Origin: a virus
Taxonomy: Duplodnaviria; Caudoviricetes
Virus record (IMG/VR): IMGVR_UViG_3300009873_000001
Strand: one strand, 5' to 3'
Length of the DNA stretch: 64,000 nt
Part shown: positions 28,798 to 38,991 of the stretch, piece by piece
How the letters are laid out: each line of letters starts with the position of its first letter
Numbering within the stretch: the first letter of the stretch is position 1
Notes under the pieces: model-generated
What the model was told of the DNA's origin: nothing
Databases searched by the model: none
The model's input: only the letters and a program-made list of their open reading frames with translations
Translations under genes and position numbers: made by a program

Positions 28798-29115
28798 TTG
28801 GACGAGCAGCTGCGCTCCCTCGAGAGGATGGCCAGGGTGAGAGCGAACGACGCTGAAGCGCGCCGCATTTCGCTCGTGGCTAGGCTGCGTGTGGGCCGCG
28901 CGACGGAGTCGGAGAAGAAACAGCTCGCGCTGCTCAAGCGGATCGACGACGAGCTGGAGGCTTTGCGGAAGAAACGCGAAGACGTGCTGCTCCACACCGA
29001 GGCGAAGTGCCTGGCCGGGCAGCACATTCTTCGTACGACGGTGACAGGACACAAAGGCCATGTGATCGACAGCTGTGAGCTCTGCAGCTACTACACGGAG
29101 GGCTACGACGATTGA
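28798..29115 (+). CDS. tag-family protein
   Basis: MDEQLRSLERMAR. Confidence 0.6.
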   Translation: MDEQLRSLERMARVRANDAEARRISLVARLRVGRATESEKKQLALLKRIDDELEALRKKREDVLLHTEAKCLAGQHILRTTVTGHKGHVIDSCELCSYYTEGYDD

Positions 29116-29867
29116 GCGACCAGCGACTGAGGAGCGCGGAACGAGCCGCGGCACATGACAGCTCCGCAGACGCCCAGGCCGCGTGGCTCAAGGAGCGCCT
29201 GCGCGCCGGCACGACCACGCCGGATTTGGTCGAGCTGGCGGCTTACTGCGGGCACGCCGGGGCCGGGCTCTTGTCTCCAGATCGCAGGAATGAAGATCTC
29301 GCGCTGGAAATGTGGGTCGCTGGCCTCACGCACTGGCATGACGCCTTGCCTGGGATCGCGGTCACGCTCGCTGCCGAAGCAGCTTTCCCCAAGTGGATCG
29401 AGCGACACCAAGAAGTCGGCAGGCCGCGCGATCCGGGTTGCGAGCCGCCTGTCAGCGGTAGGCTCTTTGGGTGCCCGGCGCGCTCCTCCCCGGGAACGAA
29501 GTGTCTGACGATCGAGCGCGTGAAGCGCGCGGTTGAGACTGCGCGAGTATGGGTCGATTGCCTGAGTTTTCCCTGCTTGGAGCACGTCGAGGCCTGCCGG
29601 CTTACGAGCGCGGCGATCGGCAGCAACGAGCCTGGGTTCGCTGTGTGGCTCGGGCTCGGAATCTTTCACCACCACGAGGACGACGGACTGAACCTGTTCA
29701 TGCAGGCGCTCCGGTCCGCGCTTCGGGAGGTCGCTGGTGTGGATTGCCTGACAGACGGCGCCGAGGACTTCTGCGGGCCAATCTCGGCTGTCGATTACGC
29801 AGAAGAGAAACTGCTGGTCGCCGGTCAGGCGGCGGTGCTTGAGTGGGCCCTGCGGGAGCTGCGGTGA
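29112..29867 (+). CDS. tag-family protein
   Basis: MSDQRLRSAERAA...WLKERLRAG...VELAAYCGH. Confidence 0.75.
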   Translation: MSDQRLRSAERAAAHDSSADAQAAWLKERLRAGTTTPDLVELAAYCGHAGAGLLSPDRRNEDLALEMWVAGLTHWHDALPGIAVTLAAEAAFPKWIERHQEVGRPRDPGCEPPVSGRLFGCPARSSPGTKCLTIERVKRAVETARVWVDCLSFPCLEHVEACRLTSAAIGSNEPGFAVWLGLGIFHHHEDDGLNLFMQALRSALREVAGVDCLTDGAEDFCGPISAVDYAEEKLLVAGQAAVLEWALRELR

Positions 29868-30143
29868 AGCGGTGAAGCGTCCGTTGCGCCCGTTCGTATT
29901 GTGGGTTCGTATCAGCGACGGCGAGTACGACTGGCACTCGTCCTTCTCTACGGCGGAGCGGGCCAAGGCGCGCGCGGAGCAGGTTCTTGCGGACGGCTTC
30001 CTGGGGTCGCGGCTGCTCACGGTCACGGCTGTCTTGGTCACAGACGACCGCACTGGAAAGGAGCTGCTCGAGCGCGTGGCGCGCGGGTGGAAGGCCCCGC
30101 CCTCGATCACGCGCGAGTTGCTCATGAGCAAGCGGAAGAAGTC

Positions 30144-30629
30144 ATGAAGATCTGGATCTTGAACTACCTCGAAGCGCGCGAGTTCGATCCAGAAGAACTG
30201 ACGCTGGCGGTACGGATCTTCGATCCAGGTGCCACGAAGCTCGAGCACAACAAGCCAGTGCCGCTCAAGTGCTCGACTCTGTGGTTGGACGAGGTCCGCC
30301 TAGAGTTCGAGGACATAGACATTTGGAGCTACCAGCAGGAAGGCGGCGTGGCGCTAGCGCGACGGCTTCAAGAGGAGAGGAAGTGCTTCGACGAGCGCAT
30401 GGCTGAGTTCATGCTCGCCGAGACGGCCAGGACGATCAAGAAGGCTCAGGCGCTCATGATTCACTGCAACGCCGGCCTGAGTCGCAGCCCGGCGGTAGCG
30501 CGCGCGCTGGTCGAGCGGTTCGAGATTCAGCCGGAGTGGAGCGGGAAGCGCAGACGCATGATGGAAGACGACTATCACGGTAACGAGTGGGTCTACCGAC
30601 TGCTCAAGAAGGCGGAGCTTCCATGCTAG
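30144..30629 (+). CDS. protein-tyrosine/dual-specificity phosphatase-like protein
   Basis: IHCNAGLSRS (CX5R), FEDID, NEWVY. Confidence 0.8.
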   Translation: MKIWILNYLEAREFDPEELTLAVRIFDPGATKLEHNKPVPLKCSTLWLDEVRLEFEDIDIWSYQQEGGVALARRLQEERKCFDERMAEFMLAETARTIKKAQALMIHCNAGLSRSPAVARALVERFEIQPEWSGKRRRMMEDDYHGNEWVYRLLKKAELPC

Positions 30630-30868
30630 AGCGAATCAGGCAGTGGTTTGGCGGCCACGACACAGGCCGCATGCGGCTGTCGGTGATCATGCCGGTCGAG
30701 ACATACGAGAAGATTCAAGCCCTGCAGCGTCTCGCGGAATGCACGTCTACGGCCTTGTTGCTCAGGAAGGCGCTGACGCTCTATCAGATCGCGCTCGAGC
30801 ACAGAGTGAATGACGGTGAGGTGGTCCTCAAGCACGCGGACGGATCAGAGACAGTGCTGGAGGTATGA
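30623..30868 (+). CDS. ribbon-helix-helix DNA-binding protein
   Basis: RLSVIMP..TYEKI..L...STALLLRKAL. Confidence 0.6.
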   Translation: MLERIRQWFGGHDTGRMRLSVIMPVETYEKIQALQRLAECTSTALLLRKALTLYQIALEHRVNDGEVVLKHADGSETVLEV

Positions 30869-30869
30869 G

Positions 30870-31439
30870 GTGGACGAACGCACTAGAAAGCTGGAACGCG
30901 AAACGCGCTTGGGAGACAAGCAGGCGCGCGCTTGCGCTGAGCTGTCTCGGCTCAGGCAGGGCGATCCTGTGGCCAGGTTGCGTCTGCTCAGGAAGGAGAT
31001 CGAGGCCGAGGTTGACGCCGCGGGGCGCGGGGCCCACCGTGAGCGATGCGCCTACGGCACCGGCGGTGTCTACAATCAGCAGCGCAAGGCTTACGAGTAT
31101 GACGTCTGCGAGCTCAGGGCGTCGCACACGGGCGAACACTCCTATGTGCCAGAGAACAAGCCGCGGGACAACTGGTTGGCTCTAGAGCGCGCAGCCACGT
31201 ATCTGTGGGCTTACTTCTTCAACGGACCCAAGCCCACCTTCTTGGCCTCCGCGCGGCAAGGGCTGTTTTCGGCTGCGGGAGGTCGCGGAAAGTGGAGTGC
31301 GCCGCTGCCGCCGTTCGATCCCAATCATTTGAGGCCGGACATGCCTGGGAAGTGGTGGGAGATCCACGGCATGCTCAGCGACCTACTGCACGAGCTGCTA
31401 GAGAAGGCCGCGGCTAGGCCTGAGCCTCCGAGACATTGA
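30870..31439 (+). CDS. tag-family protein
   Basis: MDERTRKLERETRLGD. Confidence 0.65.
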   Translation: MDERTRKLERETRLGDKQARACAELSRLRQGDPVARLRLLRKEIEAEVDAAGRGAHRERCAYGTGGVYNQQRKAYEYDVCELRASHTGEHSYVPENKPRDNWLALERAATYLWAYFFNGPKPTFLASARQGLFSAAGGRGKWSAPLPPFDPNHLRPDMPGKWWEIHGMLSDLLHELLEKAAARPEPPRH

Positions 31440-31953
31440 TCAGCCAAGAGCCGTCGCTGCAGAAGCGCGCCCGGCCCAGAGCGTTGATCTCCTTGACGGC
31501 CTTGTCGACGCCGGGGCAGTCCCCGCCGTGGTCGTGCCCAGCGAGCCAGGTCGTGCCCACCAGTCTGGCCGCTGCTATGTCGCGCTTCACGGCTTCGTAG
31601 GAGTGATCCCCGTCGATGTACACCATGTCGAAAGGGCCGAATGGCCCTGCGGCAACCTTGCTTTCTATGGCTGCCGGGGAGTAGCCGCGCACCAGCTCGA
31701 GATGAGGATAGTGCCCGCAGCGCGCCAAGAAGCGCCTGAGCACCGCCGGCTCGGGCCACGGATCGACAGCGACCACGCGCTGGCAGTGGAGTAGCCAGAA
31801 CTCCGTCGACACACCCTGGTAGCAACCGATCTCCAGCACCGAGCGTGGGCGGGCGATTTTGAAAACCTCCTGCAGGTCCGGGATTCGCTCGCGACCCCAC
31901 TGCTCTTGCAACAGCTCTGTGAGCCGGACTTGCTTGAACTCGCTGAACAGCAT
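31414..31953 (-). CDS. class I SAM-dependent methyltransferase (Methyltransf_24-like)
   Basis: VLEIGCYQGVST, DMVYIDGDHSYEAV, AGHD. Confidence 0.85.
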   Translation of the reverse strand: MLFSEFKQVRLTELLQEQWGRERIPDLQEVFKIARPRSVLEIGCYQGVSTEFWLLHCQRVVAVDPWPEPAVLRRFLARCGHYPHLELVRGYSPAAIESKVAAGPFGPFDMVYIDGDHSYEAVKRDIAAARLVGTTWLAGHDHGGDCPGVDKAVKEINALGRARFCSDGSWLINVSEAQA

Positions 31954-31962
31954 CTCTTCCCC

Positions 31963-32457
31963 TTATGATTTGGGTTGTTGAGCTGCGCGCTTGGCGGCCT
32001 TGGCCGCCTTGCGAGCTTCGTACAGCGGGCAGATACCGACCCAGGCCCGACAAGTATGGCCGCTCTTGGAGCCGCGTGCTCGCTCGCGGCGGTCGTGGCA
32101 CAAGCAACAAACTAATTCACACTTGGCGAGCTCGCGTCTGATCTGATTGAGCTTGCGTCGCATGCTGTGGCCGATATCGAACTTCTTCACATGGCCTGGC
32201 AGGTGATCGAACGACATGTGCCCCGGCACGAGGAGGCCGCAGTCCGTGCAGGGGTTCTTCTTGGCGGCTACGACTAGGTCGCGCCCAGCGCGGCAGGAGG
32301 CTTTGAGTTTTTCGCGCTTGTGCTGAGCATAGGCTTTGCGGATCGCCTTGCGTCGTCTTCGGCGTTCGACCCAGTAGGACTTTTTGGCCGCATAGGCTCG
32401 CAGGGCAGCTGTGAGCACCAAGAGCGCTTCGCAGCGCCCGTCCTTCATGCCGGCCAC
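31963..32457 (-). CDS. HNH endonuclease-like protein, paralog of 43513
   Basis: CTDCG...FDH...ELAKCELVCCLCH. Confidence 0.75.
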   Translation of the reverse strand: MAGMKDGRCEALLVLTAALRAYAAKKSYWVERRRRRKAIRKAYAQHKREKLKASCRAGRDLVVAAKKNPCTDCGLLVPGHMSFDHLPGHVKKFDIGHSMRRKLNQIRRELAKCELVCCLCHDRRERARGSKSGHTCRAWVGICPLYEARKAAKAAKRAAQQPKS

Positions 32458-33054
32458 CAGCCATGAGGGCCGTGCTTGTCCGCCCAGGCCTGTGCTTCCC
32501 TCAGGTTGTTGAAGCTGAAGTAGCGCGAGGACTGTATGGCGCCCTTGGGATCTTCCAGCTTGCGGCTTGGGTCGTTCACGACGTGGAAGACCTTGATCCA
32601 GTCGCCTTGCCGCTCTGCGTAGAAGTCCTCGGCCAGGTCCGTGAAGGCTGTCGCCCGGGAGCTGCGCCCGAGTGCCTCGGTCAGGCTGACCGCCGGCCTA
32701 GCCGTCGGATCAGTCTCGTCGGTTTCTAGGGAGGCAGTTGTCGAAGTGGTCATTGGACGGTGACCAGGCGGCCGTTCTTGTTGAGCGTGTAGCCGCGGCG
32801 GTGCGGTGGGATCTTCTCTTTCTTGGCGTCGCCGACCTTGGTGCCTTCCACGATATACCGCTCCATTTCGGCGATCACTTCGACCAGGTCACGGCCGTAT
32901 TCGTCGGCGGCGGCGATCAGGAGAGAGGCGGCTTCCTTGATCCATTCCTTGTCGCGGTCCGGGGCTATCGGCCTGGGCTTGCCGCGCCTGCGCGGAGCGT
33001 CCCCTCGTTCGATCTTCTGCCAATCATCAGCCTTCGTCGCTTTCCTCGTTCTCT

Positions 33055-33447
33055 TCATGATTGCCCCTTTATGGCCTTGAGGAGCCGATCCAGCCCCTCG
33101 GTCCACACGTCGTGCGCTTCGACGTAGTGTTCGCACTTTTCCGGCCAGACCAGGCCGTATCCAGTGAGATCCTTTGTACCGAGACGCGCGCCGCAGATCC
33201 GACAATCGGCCCAACCGAGATACGCGTCGCGCACGGCTCCGCGCTTGAGGGTCTCAATCACGAGCTGTCGATCTTCCGGCGAGGCGTAGAGCTGCGCGTA
33301 GCCCATACGAGTGTGCGGCCTGTTCACAATGAACGGACCGTCGTTCCAGAACATAATGTGGTCTATGGGGTGATCGCTCCACTCCTCGAGCGCGAGAGGC
33401 TTCAGGAACTGAGCTGCGAGTTTGACGAATGGACTGGGCTCGGTCAT
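33055..33447 (-). CDS. hypothetical protein
   Basis: YLGWADCRICG...WPE...HYV motif; overlaps. Confidence 0.65.
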   Translation of the reverse strand: MTEPSPFVKLAAQFLKPLALEEWSDHPIDHIMFWNDGPFIVNRPHTRMGYAQLYASPEDRQLVIETLKRGAVRDAYLGWADCRICGARLGTKDLTGYGLVWPEKCEHYVEAHDVWTEGLDRLLKAIKGQS

Positions 33448-33863
33448 GTGAGCTCCTCTACGAGTGGGCCGTCAGGCGGCTCATGCGGTCCTGGTGCGAC
33501 CGTGACCAACTCCGTCTCTGCGAATCTGAAAAGCAGACCGTCGAGGGCCTGGAGGATCGTTTGCGTCGTCGGCGGGGCGTTGATCGTGACTGCGAAGCTT
33601 TCGAGCGGCGCGATCTCGACTGGGCGCCCGGATATGAGCACGTCCCTACCGAAGCGCTGCCGCCATGTGTACCAGGTGTAGCGGATCGGCATGGGCAGCC
33701 ACGGCCCGTCGCCCACCCTGCGCAGCTCTGTGTCGAGCGCGTCGAGATCGCTCTGATCGACCGGCCCGCGGACGTCCTGGAAGGCGTCAAGGTGGCTCTG
33801 CGCCAGCAGGGACCGGCGCCCTTGTGTGCGCTTCCATGCACGGCGCAGGCGCTCGTCGGTCAC
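33444..33863 (-). CDS. tag-family protein
   Basis: MTDERLRRAW. Confidence 0.6.
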   Translation of the reverse strand: MTDERLRRAWKRTQGRRSLLAQSHLDAFQDVRGPVDQSDLDALDTELRRVGDGPWLPMPIRYTWYTWRQRFGRDVLISGRPVEIAPLESFAVTINAPPTTQTILQALDGLLFRFAETELVTVAPGPHEPPDGPLVEELT

Positions 33864-34131
33864 GCGTTTTTCGAAAGCGAAGCTTCGAGCTTGGCTTTGG
33901 CTGCGGCGAGGCCGGCGTCCTCGATCAACTCTAGGGCGACCGCCCAGGGGTTGTTCAAGTTCGAGTGCTCACCGATCTCTTCTCCGAAGAAAGCGCCGAT
34001 CGCTTCTGCGAGCTTGTCGGCCCACTCCTCGGCAGTGTCGCGCTCTCTCAGAAGTTTGTCGGCCTCGCGGTCCTTGCGGCGCGACGACTGTTCGAGCGTG
34101 CGCAGCGCCTCAGCCACGTCCGTGTCGAGCC

Positions 34132-34521
34132 TTATTCTCTCGGCTTGCTGAGATCGAGCGCCCATGCTCTGGTGATCCCTTCCAGGGCCATGGCCACCAT
34201 GCGGTGCTGCCCGTCTACGACCCTGTGTGCCTCAGAGTCTATCAACAGGACGGAGCTTTTGGCTATGGCCCTGGCTCCGGCCCTGTACTTGGCGACTAGT
34301 TTCTTTTGCCACGGCTCGGCGTGGGCGGCGAAGATCGCCAGCAGAGACTTGCCTTGCTCCTCTTGCATGGGCTTCATGGACCACTGCGAGGGGTTGATCT
34401 GCACGAGCTCGAACTCGAGTTCCTCGAAGTCGATCATGCCTACGTAGTTCCAGACCAGCTCGCCTTCGTCAGGGACCTCGCCTTGGAGTGCTTTCGAGAT
34501 CGTGAGGTAACGCTTGCTCAT
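34132..34521 (-). CDS. ParB/Srx-like domain protein
   Basis: VVDGQHRMVAMALEG. Confidence 0.55.
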   Translation of the reverse strand: MSKRYLTISKALQGEVPDEGELVWNYVGMIDFEELEFELVQINPSQWSMKPMQEEQGKSLLAIFAAHAEPWQKKLVAKYRAGARAIAKSSVLLIDSEAHRVVDGQHRMVAMALEGITRAWALDLSKPRE

Positions 34522-34524
34522 TGG

Positions 34525-35160
34525 TTACAAGCCCTCGTGGGCGCCCATGGCTGTTCTTCTGATTTTCACGGACAGCTCGCCAGGGTCGGTCCAGATCCAG
34601 ATGCCATACAGCACGAACAGGCAGGAGAAAGGCCAGTCGCCTCCTTGGAGATTGTAATCGACGGGAAGCTGCTCAATCCCGACTGGCCGGTCCTGGACCG
34701 TGAGCTTGCAATACGGACTCAGATTGAGCAGGGTCTCGTAGGCCTTCTGAGCGCCGGCCTCGGCCATGATCTCGATCACGTCCGGGTTCGGCATGATTAG
34801 GCGCATGGGATAGCGCGCGACCAGCGGTGCCTTGGGTGGCTCTCTGTGGCTGGTGACCGTTAACTCGGCCTCGTTCCAGACCTGCCGGCAGAGGTCGCGA
34901 TCTTGTCCGACGTCTGGAATGACGGACATGCCGTAGAGGTAGAACCCTTCGAATCGTGGCAACTCTAGCCTGTGAGAAGCTGGCAGGCGGTTCCACCGCC
35001 AAGTCAATGGCTGCTTGACAGGTATCTGCTTTCCCGGGACAACGTCCACGTTCGTGCCAGGCGCCATGGGGTTTCTTCCCCAGGCGGCTTTGAGTTTTTC
35101 GAGCGCCGTGGCGTCGCCGGAGAGCGCCTTGCGTTCGAGGTCTCGGACCAGCTCGTCCAC
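34525..35160 (-). CDS. tag-family protein with beta-rich domain
   Basis: MDELVRDLERKALSGD. Confidence 0.65.
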   Translation of the reverse strand: MDELVRDLERKALSGDATALEKLKAAWGRNPMAPGTNVDVVPGKQIPVKQPLTWRWNRLPASHRLELPRFEGFYLYGMSVIPDVGQDRDLCRQVWNEAELTVTSHREPPKAPLVARYPMRLIMPNPDVIEIMAEAGAQKAYETLLNLSPYCKLTVQDRPVGIEQLPVDYNLQGGDWPFSCLFVLYGIWIWTDPGELSVKIRRTAMGAHEGL

Positions 35161-35759
35161 TAGGGGCTGATTCCTATGTCCGTGCCGTCGGCCTTGAAAC
35201 CGCCGCGCACAGTCGAGCACCTGCGGCAGGACCATTGGCGACCGTAAGGGCCGCCTGAAGGTTGGCCGACCAGAGCGTGCCAGGTGTTGGCTTGGCAGGG
35301 CTCGCACTTGAGCACCAAGTGCGGCTGCGGGTCGCAGGACACGCAATCAGCTCGCGGCAAGAAGTGCGGGCACTCTGTCTGTGATTCTGGGCCCGTGTCA
35401 CCGGCGGCAGCTCTGACGATCGCGGCGACTCGTTCTGGCGGAAGCTGGACAGCAGGCGCGTCGTTGTAGGCTGCTGCGGCCTCTTCGGGAGAGAGCGGCG
35501 CGAAGCCCTGCTGTCGGCGGAGCTCGTTGAAGACCTGCTCGAATATGCAGTCGTCACCGCACTCGTGTTCTACCCAGTTGGGGCCGCCGGGGTCGTGAAT
35601 GCCGCCCATGAGAGCCTCCAGAACGAAAACAGCGCCTGGCCAACACACCGACTTCGGCCAGTCCTGGCCGACGACGCGAGCACATTCACTCAGACCCGGT
35701 AGACGTGGAGGCAGTTTAGCACATGATCAGGACACTTGTGGAACCGACAAGGTCTTCCC

Positions 35760-36265
35760 GTCGCAGAACAACGCCCCTGCGCAGGCTCTCGCAAGTCCGT
35801 CGATCGCCGCGCGCGCGACGATCGAGAGGATCGGTCGCAGGAATAACGCCCCTGTGCAGGCTCTTGCAATGGGATCTGACCTGACCACCGGGCGCAGGAA
35901 CAACGCCCCTGCGCAGACTCTTGCAAGCGGTTCCTCGGACACCGTCTCGGCAATCGCCACGCGTGCGGTCGCAGGAACAACGCCCCTGCGCAGGCTCTTG
36001 CAAGCGACAGAACTGTTCGGTCGGTCGCAGGAACAACGCCCCTACGCAGGCTCTTGCAGAACTCGCCCTCTGGAACAAGCCAGCGGAGGAAGTCTAGTCG
36101 CAGGAACAACGCCCCTGCGCAGGCTCTTGCAAGCGAACTAGAACAGGTCGTCGACCGAGTCGCAGGAACAACGCCCCTGCGCAGGCTCTTGCGAGCGGGG
36201 AGCAGAAGCCCCGCCGTTCGGGCCCTCGTCGTCATAGTCGCAGTAACAACGCCCCTGCGCAGGCT
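35760..36265 (-). CRISPR. CRISPR array A: 8 repeats (CTTGCAAGAGCCTGCGCAGGGGCGTTGTTCCTGCGAC on minus), spacers 38,20,40,19,36,25,41 bp
   Basis: repeat starts on + at 35760, 35834, 35891, 35968, 36024, 36097, 36159, 36237 (last truncated); orientation inferred from array B. Confidence 0.9.
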
Positions 36266-36297
36266 GGTCCCTACCTTTAGAAGTGCGCAGTCTCGAG

Positions 36298-37032
36298 CTA
36301 GAACAGCCCGAGCAGCCAGTCGGCCAATCCAGCAGACGCGAGCTGGTACATGACCTTCTCAGACAGCTCGACGCTGTAGGCGGAGTTCACGAGGGCCAGA
36401 ATGCCATGCCTCGGATAGGAGGAGATCATGATCTGAGCGAGCTGGACCCACCAGTCGTCGTCTTCGTCCGTCGCCTGCCCTTCGTTCATGGAGGAGCGAA
36501 CCACTTCCCAGGCCGAGGCCTCGTCTAGCGCCAGCCAATCGCTGGCCGCGCCGAGCGCCGTCCTCGTGTCCTGAGCCCAGGCGCGGTTCTGCTCGCAGGT
36601 GCAGGGAGAGCCGGCGTGTTCCGAGAAGTAGCTCTCGCAGGCATAGCAGCCCATGAACTTGACCCTACCGGCGCGCGCGGCCTCGGAAATGGGCAGCAAG
36701 CTGGCGACTAGGGCTTGCCTGATGAAGACCGGCGTTCCAGGCTGATACGAGAGCCCGATCAGCCAATCCGTGACGGGATAGCAGCTCAGCGCCGAGTGCC
36801 CATGAGAGTCGTCTTCGCCGCGGCAGCTGCACATGCAGCCCAGGACGCGACGCAGAGCCTTAGGCTCGAGCGCGTCTTGCGCGGCCTTGACTCCGGCGTA
36901 GGCCAGGAGGCTGACCTTGTGGGCGGAGAGCAGGCCAGCGCGGATTGCTTCGCAAGCAGCTCGTTCGCGCAACTCTCGAGTCGCGCCCGAACGCGCCGCT
37001 CTGAGGGCTGATCTGACTTTGGAGTCGGCCAT
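36298..37032 (-). CDS. tag-family protein located between the two CRISPR arrays
   Basis: MADSKVRSALRAARSG...IRAG...LLAYAG. Confidence 0.7.
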   Translation of the reverse strand: MADSKVRSALRAARSGATRELRERAACEAIRAGLLSAHKVSLLAYAGVKAAQDALEPKALRRVLGCMCSCRGEDDSHGHSALSCYPVTDWLIGLSYQPGTPVFIRQALVASLLPISEAARAGRVKFMGCYACESYFSEHAGSPCTCEQNRAWAQDTRTALGAASDWLALDEASAWEVVRSSMNEGQATDEDDDWWVQLAQIMISSYPRHGILALVNSAYSVELSEKVMYQLASAGLADWLLGLF

Positions 37033-37050
37033 TCGTCTGCTGGGACCACA

Positions 37051-38932
37051 GTCGCAGAATATGCGGCTTCTGCGCAAGCGTTTTCGAGCGTACCGCAACT
37101 GGACGTCGCAGAAACAAGCCTCTGCGCAGGCGCATTCACTGGGCGGACAGGCCACACTGTCGCAGAGCGCCAAGCCTCTGCGCGAGCTGTTTTACGAGCG
37201 CGCCGGTGCCGCGGTGGCGAGGTAGTTCCCAACACCAACCAGCCCGTTCTGTCACAGAGCACCAAGCCTCTGCGCAAGCGTTTCTACCTCTTGGCGCCGG
37301 GAGTGGACCGCGTTCGGTGCGGTGCGGTCGCAGAGCACCAAGCCTCTGCGCAAGCTTTTCTACTGAGACCCAAGCGAGGCGAGGCTGCGAGGCGAGGCTG
37401 AGCCAGGCTGGTTGTCGCAGAGCACCAAGCCTCTGCGCAAGCGTTTCTACTAGGGAGCGCCAGGATCGTCGCCGGGCTTGAAGGCCGCAGAGCACGAAGC
37501 CTCTGCGCAAGCGTTTCTACAGGCGATCGAGATCACGGGCGCCAACTACTATCGAGTCGCAGAGCACGAAGCCTCTGCGCAAGCGTTTCTACGACGATCG
37601 CGGTGGCCACCTGCACCTGCGGGTGGACTTGCCGTCGCAGAGCACGAAGCCTCTGCGCAAGCGTTTCTACTCGAAGGGGAACCACTCTGGCCCCACGGCT
37701 TTGCCTGACGTCGCAGAGCACGAAGCCTCTGCGCAAGCGTTTCTACTCTTCAGCGCGACGGGGACGCCGAGTCGCGTGTCGAGTCGCAGAGCACGAAGCC
37801 TCTGCGCAAGCGTTTCTACCTCACCCATTCGCCGTTCCGCGCGGAGACGAATCTGTCGCAGAGCACCAAGCCTCTGCGCAAGCGTTTTTACTCTCCACCG
37901 TGCAGGCATAGAGGGGCTTCTTCCGCCGCAGAGCACCAAGCCTCTGCGCAAGCGTTTCTACCCTGACAGCAGGGCGGCGGCGGCGCGGAGTACTCCCGCG
38001 TCGCAGAGCACCAAGCCTCTGCGCAAGCGTTTCTACGAGGAGGAGGCGAGCAGCGTCCTCGCCAGTTTCGTCGGTCGCAGAGCACCAAGCCTCTGCGCAA
38101 GCGTTTCTACCAACGGGCAAGGCGGCGCAACTGGTGGGTCGTGCGCTGTCGCAGAGCACCAAGCCTCTGCGCAAGCGTTTCTACATGTCGTCCGGCTCAG
38201 GCCAATCGTCATTAGGGTCGGTATGTCGCAGAGCACGAAGCCTCTGCGCAAGCGTTTCTACCTTGCCGTAGCGGCTCCACAGGCCAGTCGCCATGTCGCA
38301 GAGCACGGAGCCTCTGCGCAAGCGTTTCTACCAAGCGTTTCTACGGCCTATGCCGTCGGATTCACGGGGTTCGGAATGGCCTTGTCGCAGAGCACCAAGC
38401 CTCTGCGCAAGCGTTTCTACTCCGGCGTCCAGGATCGACTCACCCCAAACCGCGTCTAGTCGCAGAGCACGAAGCCTCTGCGCAAGCGTTTCTACTCCCA
38501 GCGTGGCCAGCGGGCGCGGGCGCCGGGTGCAGAGCACCAAGCCTCTGCGCAAGCGTTTCTACCTCGAGACAAACCCGCGCCTCGGAGTGAGGCTCGACCA
38601 TGGAGTCGCAGAGCACCAAGCCTCTGCGCAAGCGTTTCTACGTCGTGTGGAGCGATGTGCATCCTACGCCGCTAGACGTCGCAGAGCACCAAGCCTCTGC
38701 GCAAGCGTTTCTACTTTCAGACGGACCCCTCCGAGCTCGCGTCTCATGACAGTCGCAGAGCACCAAGCCTCTGCGCAAGCGTTTCTACGCCCAAGATCCA
38801 TACGATCGCCATGACCCACTGGTCGCAGAGCACCAAGCCTCTGCGCAAGCGTTTCTACGATTAACTTGCCGCGCCGGAGTTTTAACATTTAAGCAGTCGC
38901 AGAGCACCAAGCCTCTGCGCAAGCGTTTCTAC
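37051..38932 (-). CRISPR. CRISPR array B: 26 repeats (GTAGAAACGCTTGCGCAGAGGCTTGGTGCTCTGCGAC on minus), 25 spacers mostly 30-42 bp
   Basis: 37-bp repeats; three degenerate repeats at 37051-37195 mark the trailer, so the leader end is next to the effector gene. Confidence 0.97.
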
Positions 38933-38991
38933 GGTCTTGCCGCAAGCAGCGAATTGTCAAGGATCAGAAAGGCCGGTCGTCCGAACAGAGC

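Noticed and set aside
36134-36150. Array A short spacer resembling 36294-36310 (14/17)
   Set aside because: The match is short and excludes the presumed seed; probably coincidental.
37521-37533. Spacer matching 17702-17714 (aggcgatcgagat) as self-targeting
   Set aside because: Only 13 nt, at the PAM-distal end in the inferred crRNA orientation; expected by chance in GC-biased coding DNA.
37623-38814. Long ORFs with repeating SQSTKPLRKRFY / VAEHQASAQAFL peptides
   Set aside because: They are translations of CRISPR repeats, not genes.
38933-38960. Promoter in the CRISPR leader (TTGACA on minus at 38955-38960)
   Set aside because: No convincing -10 element at 16-18 bp spacing.
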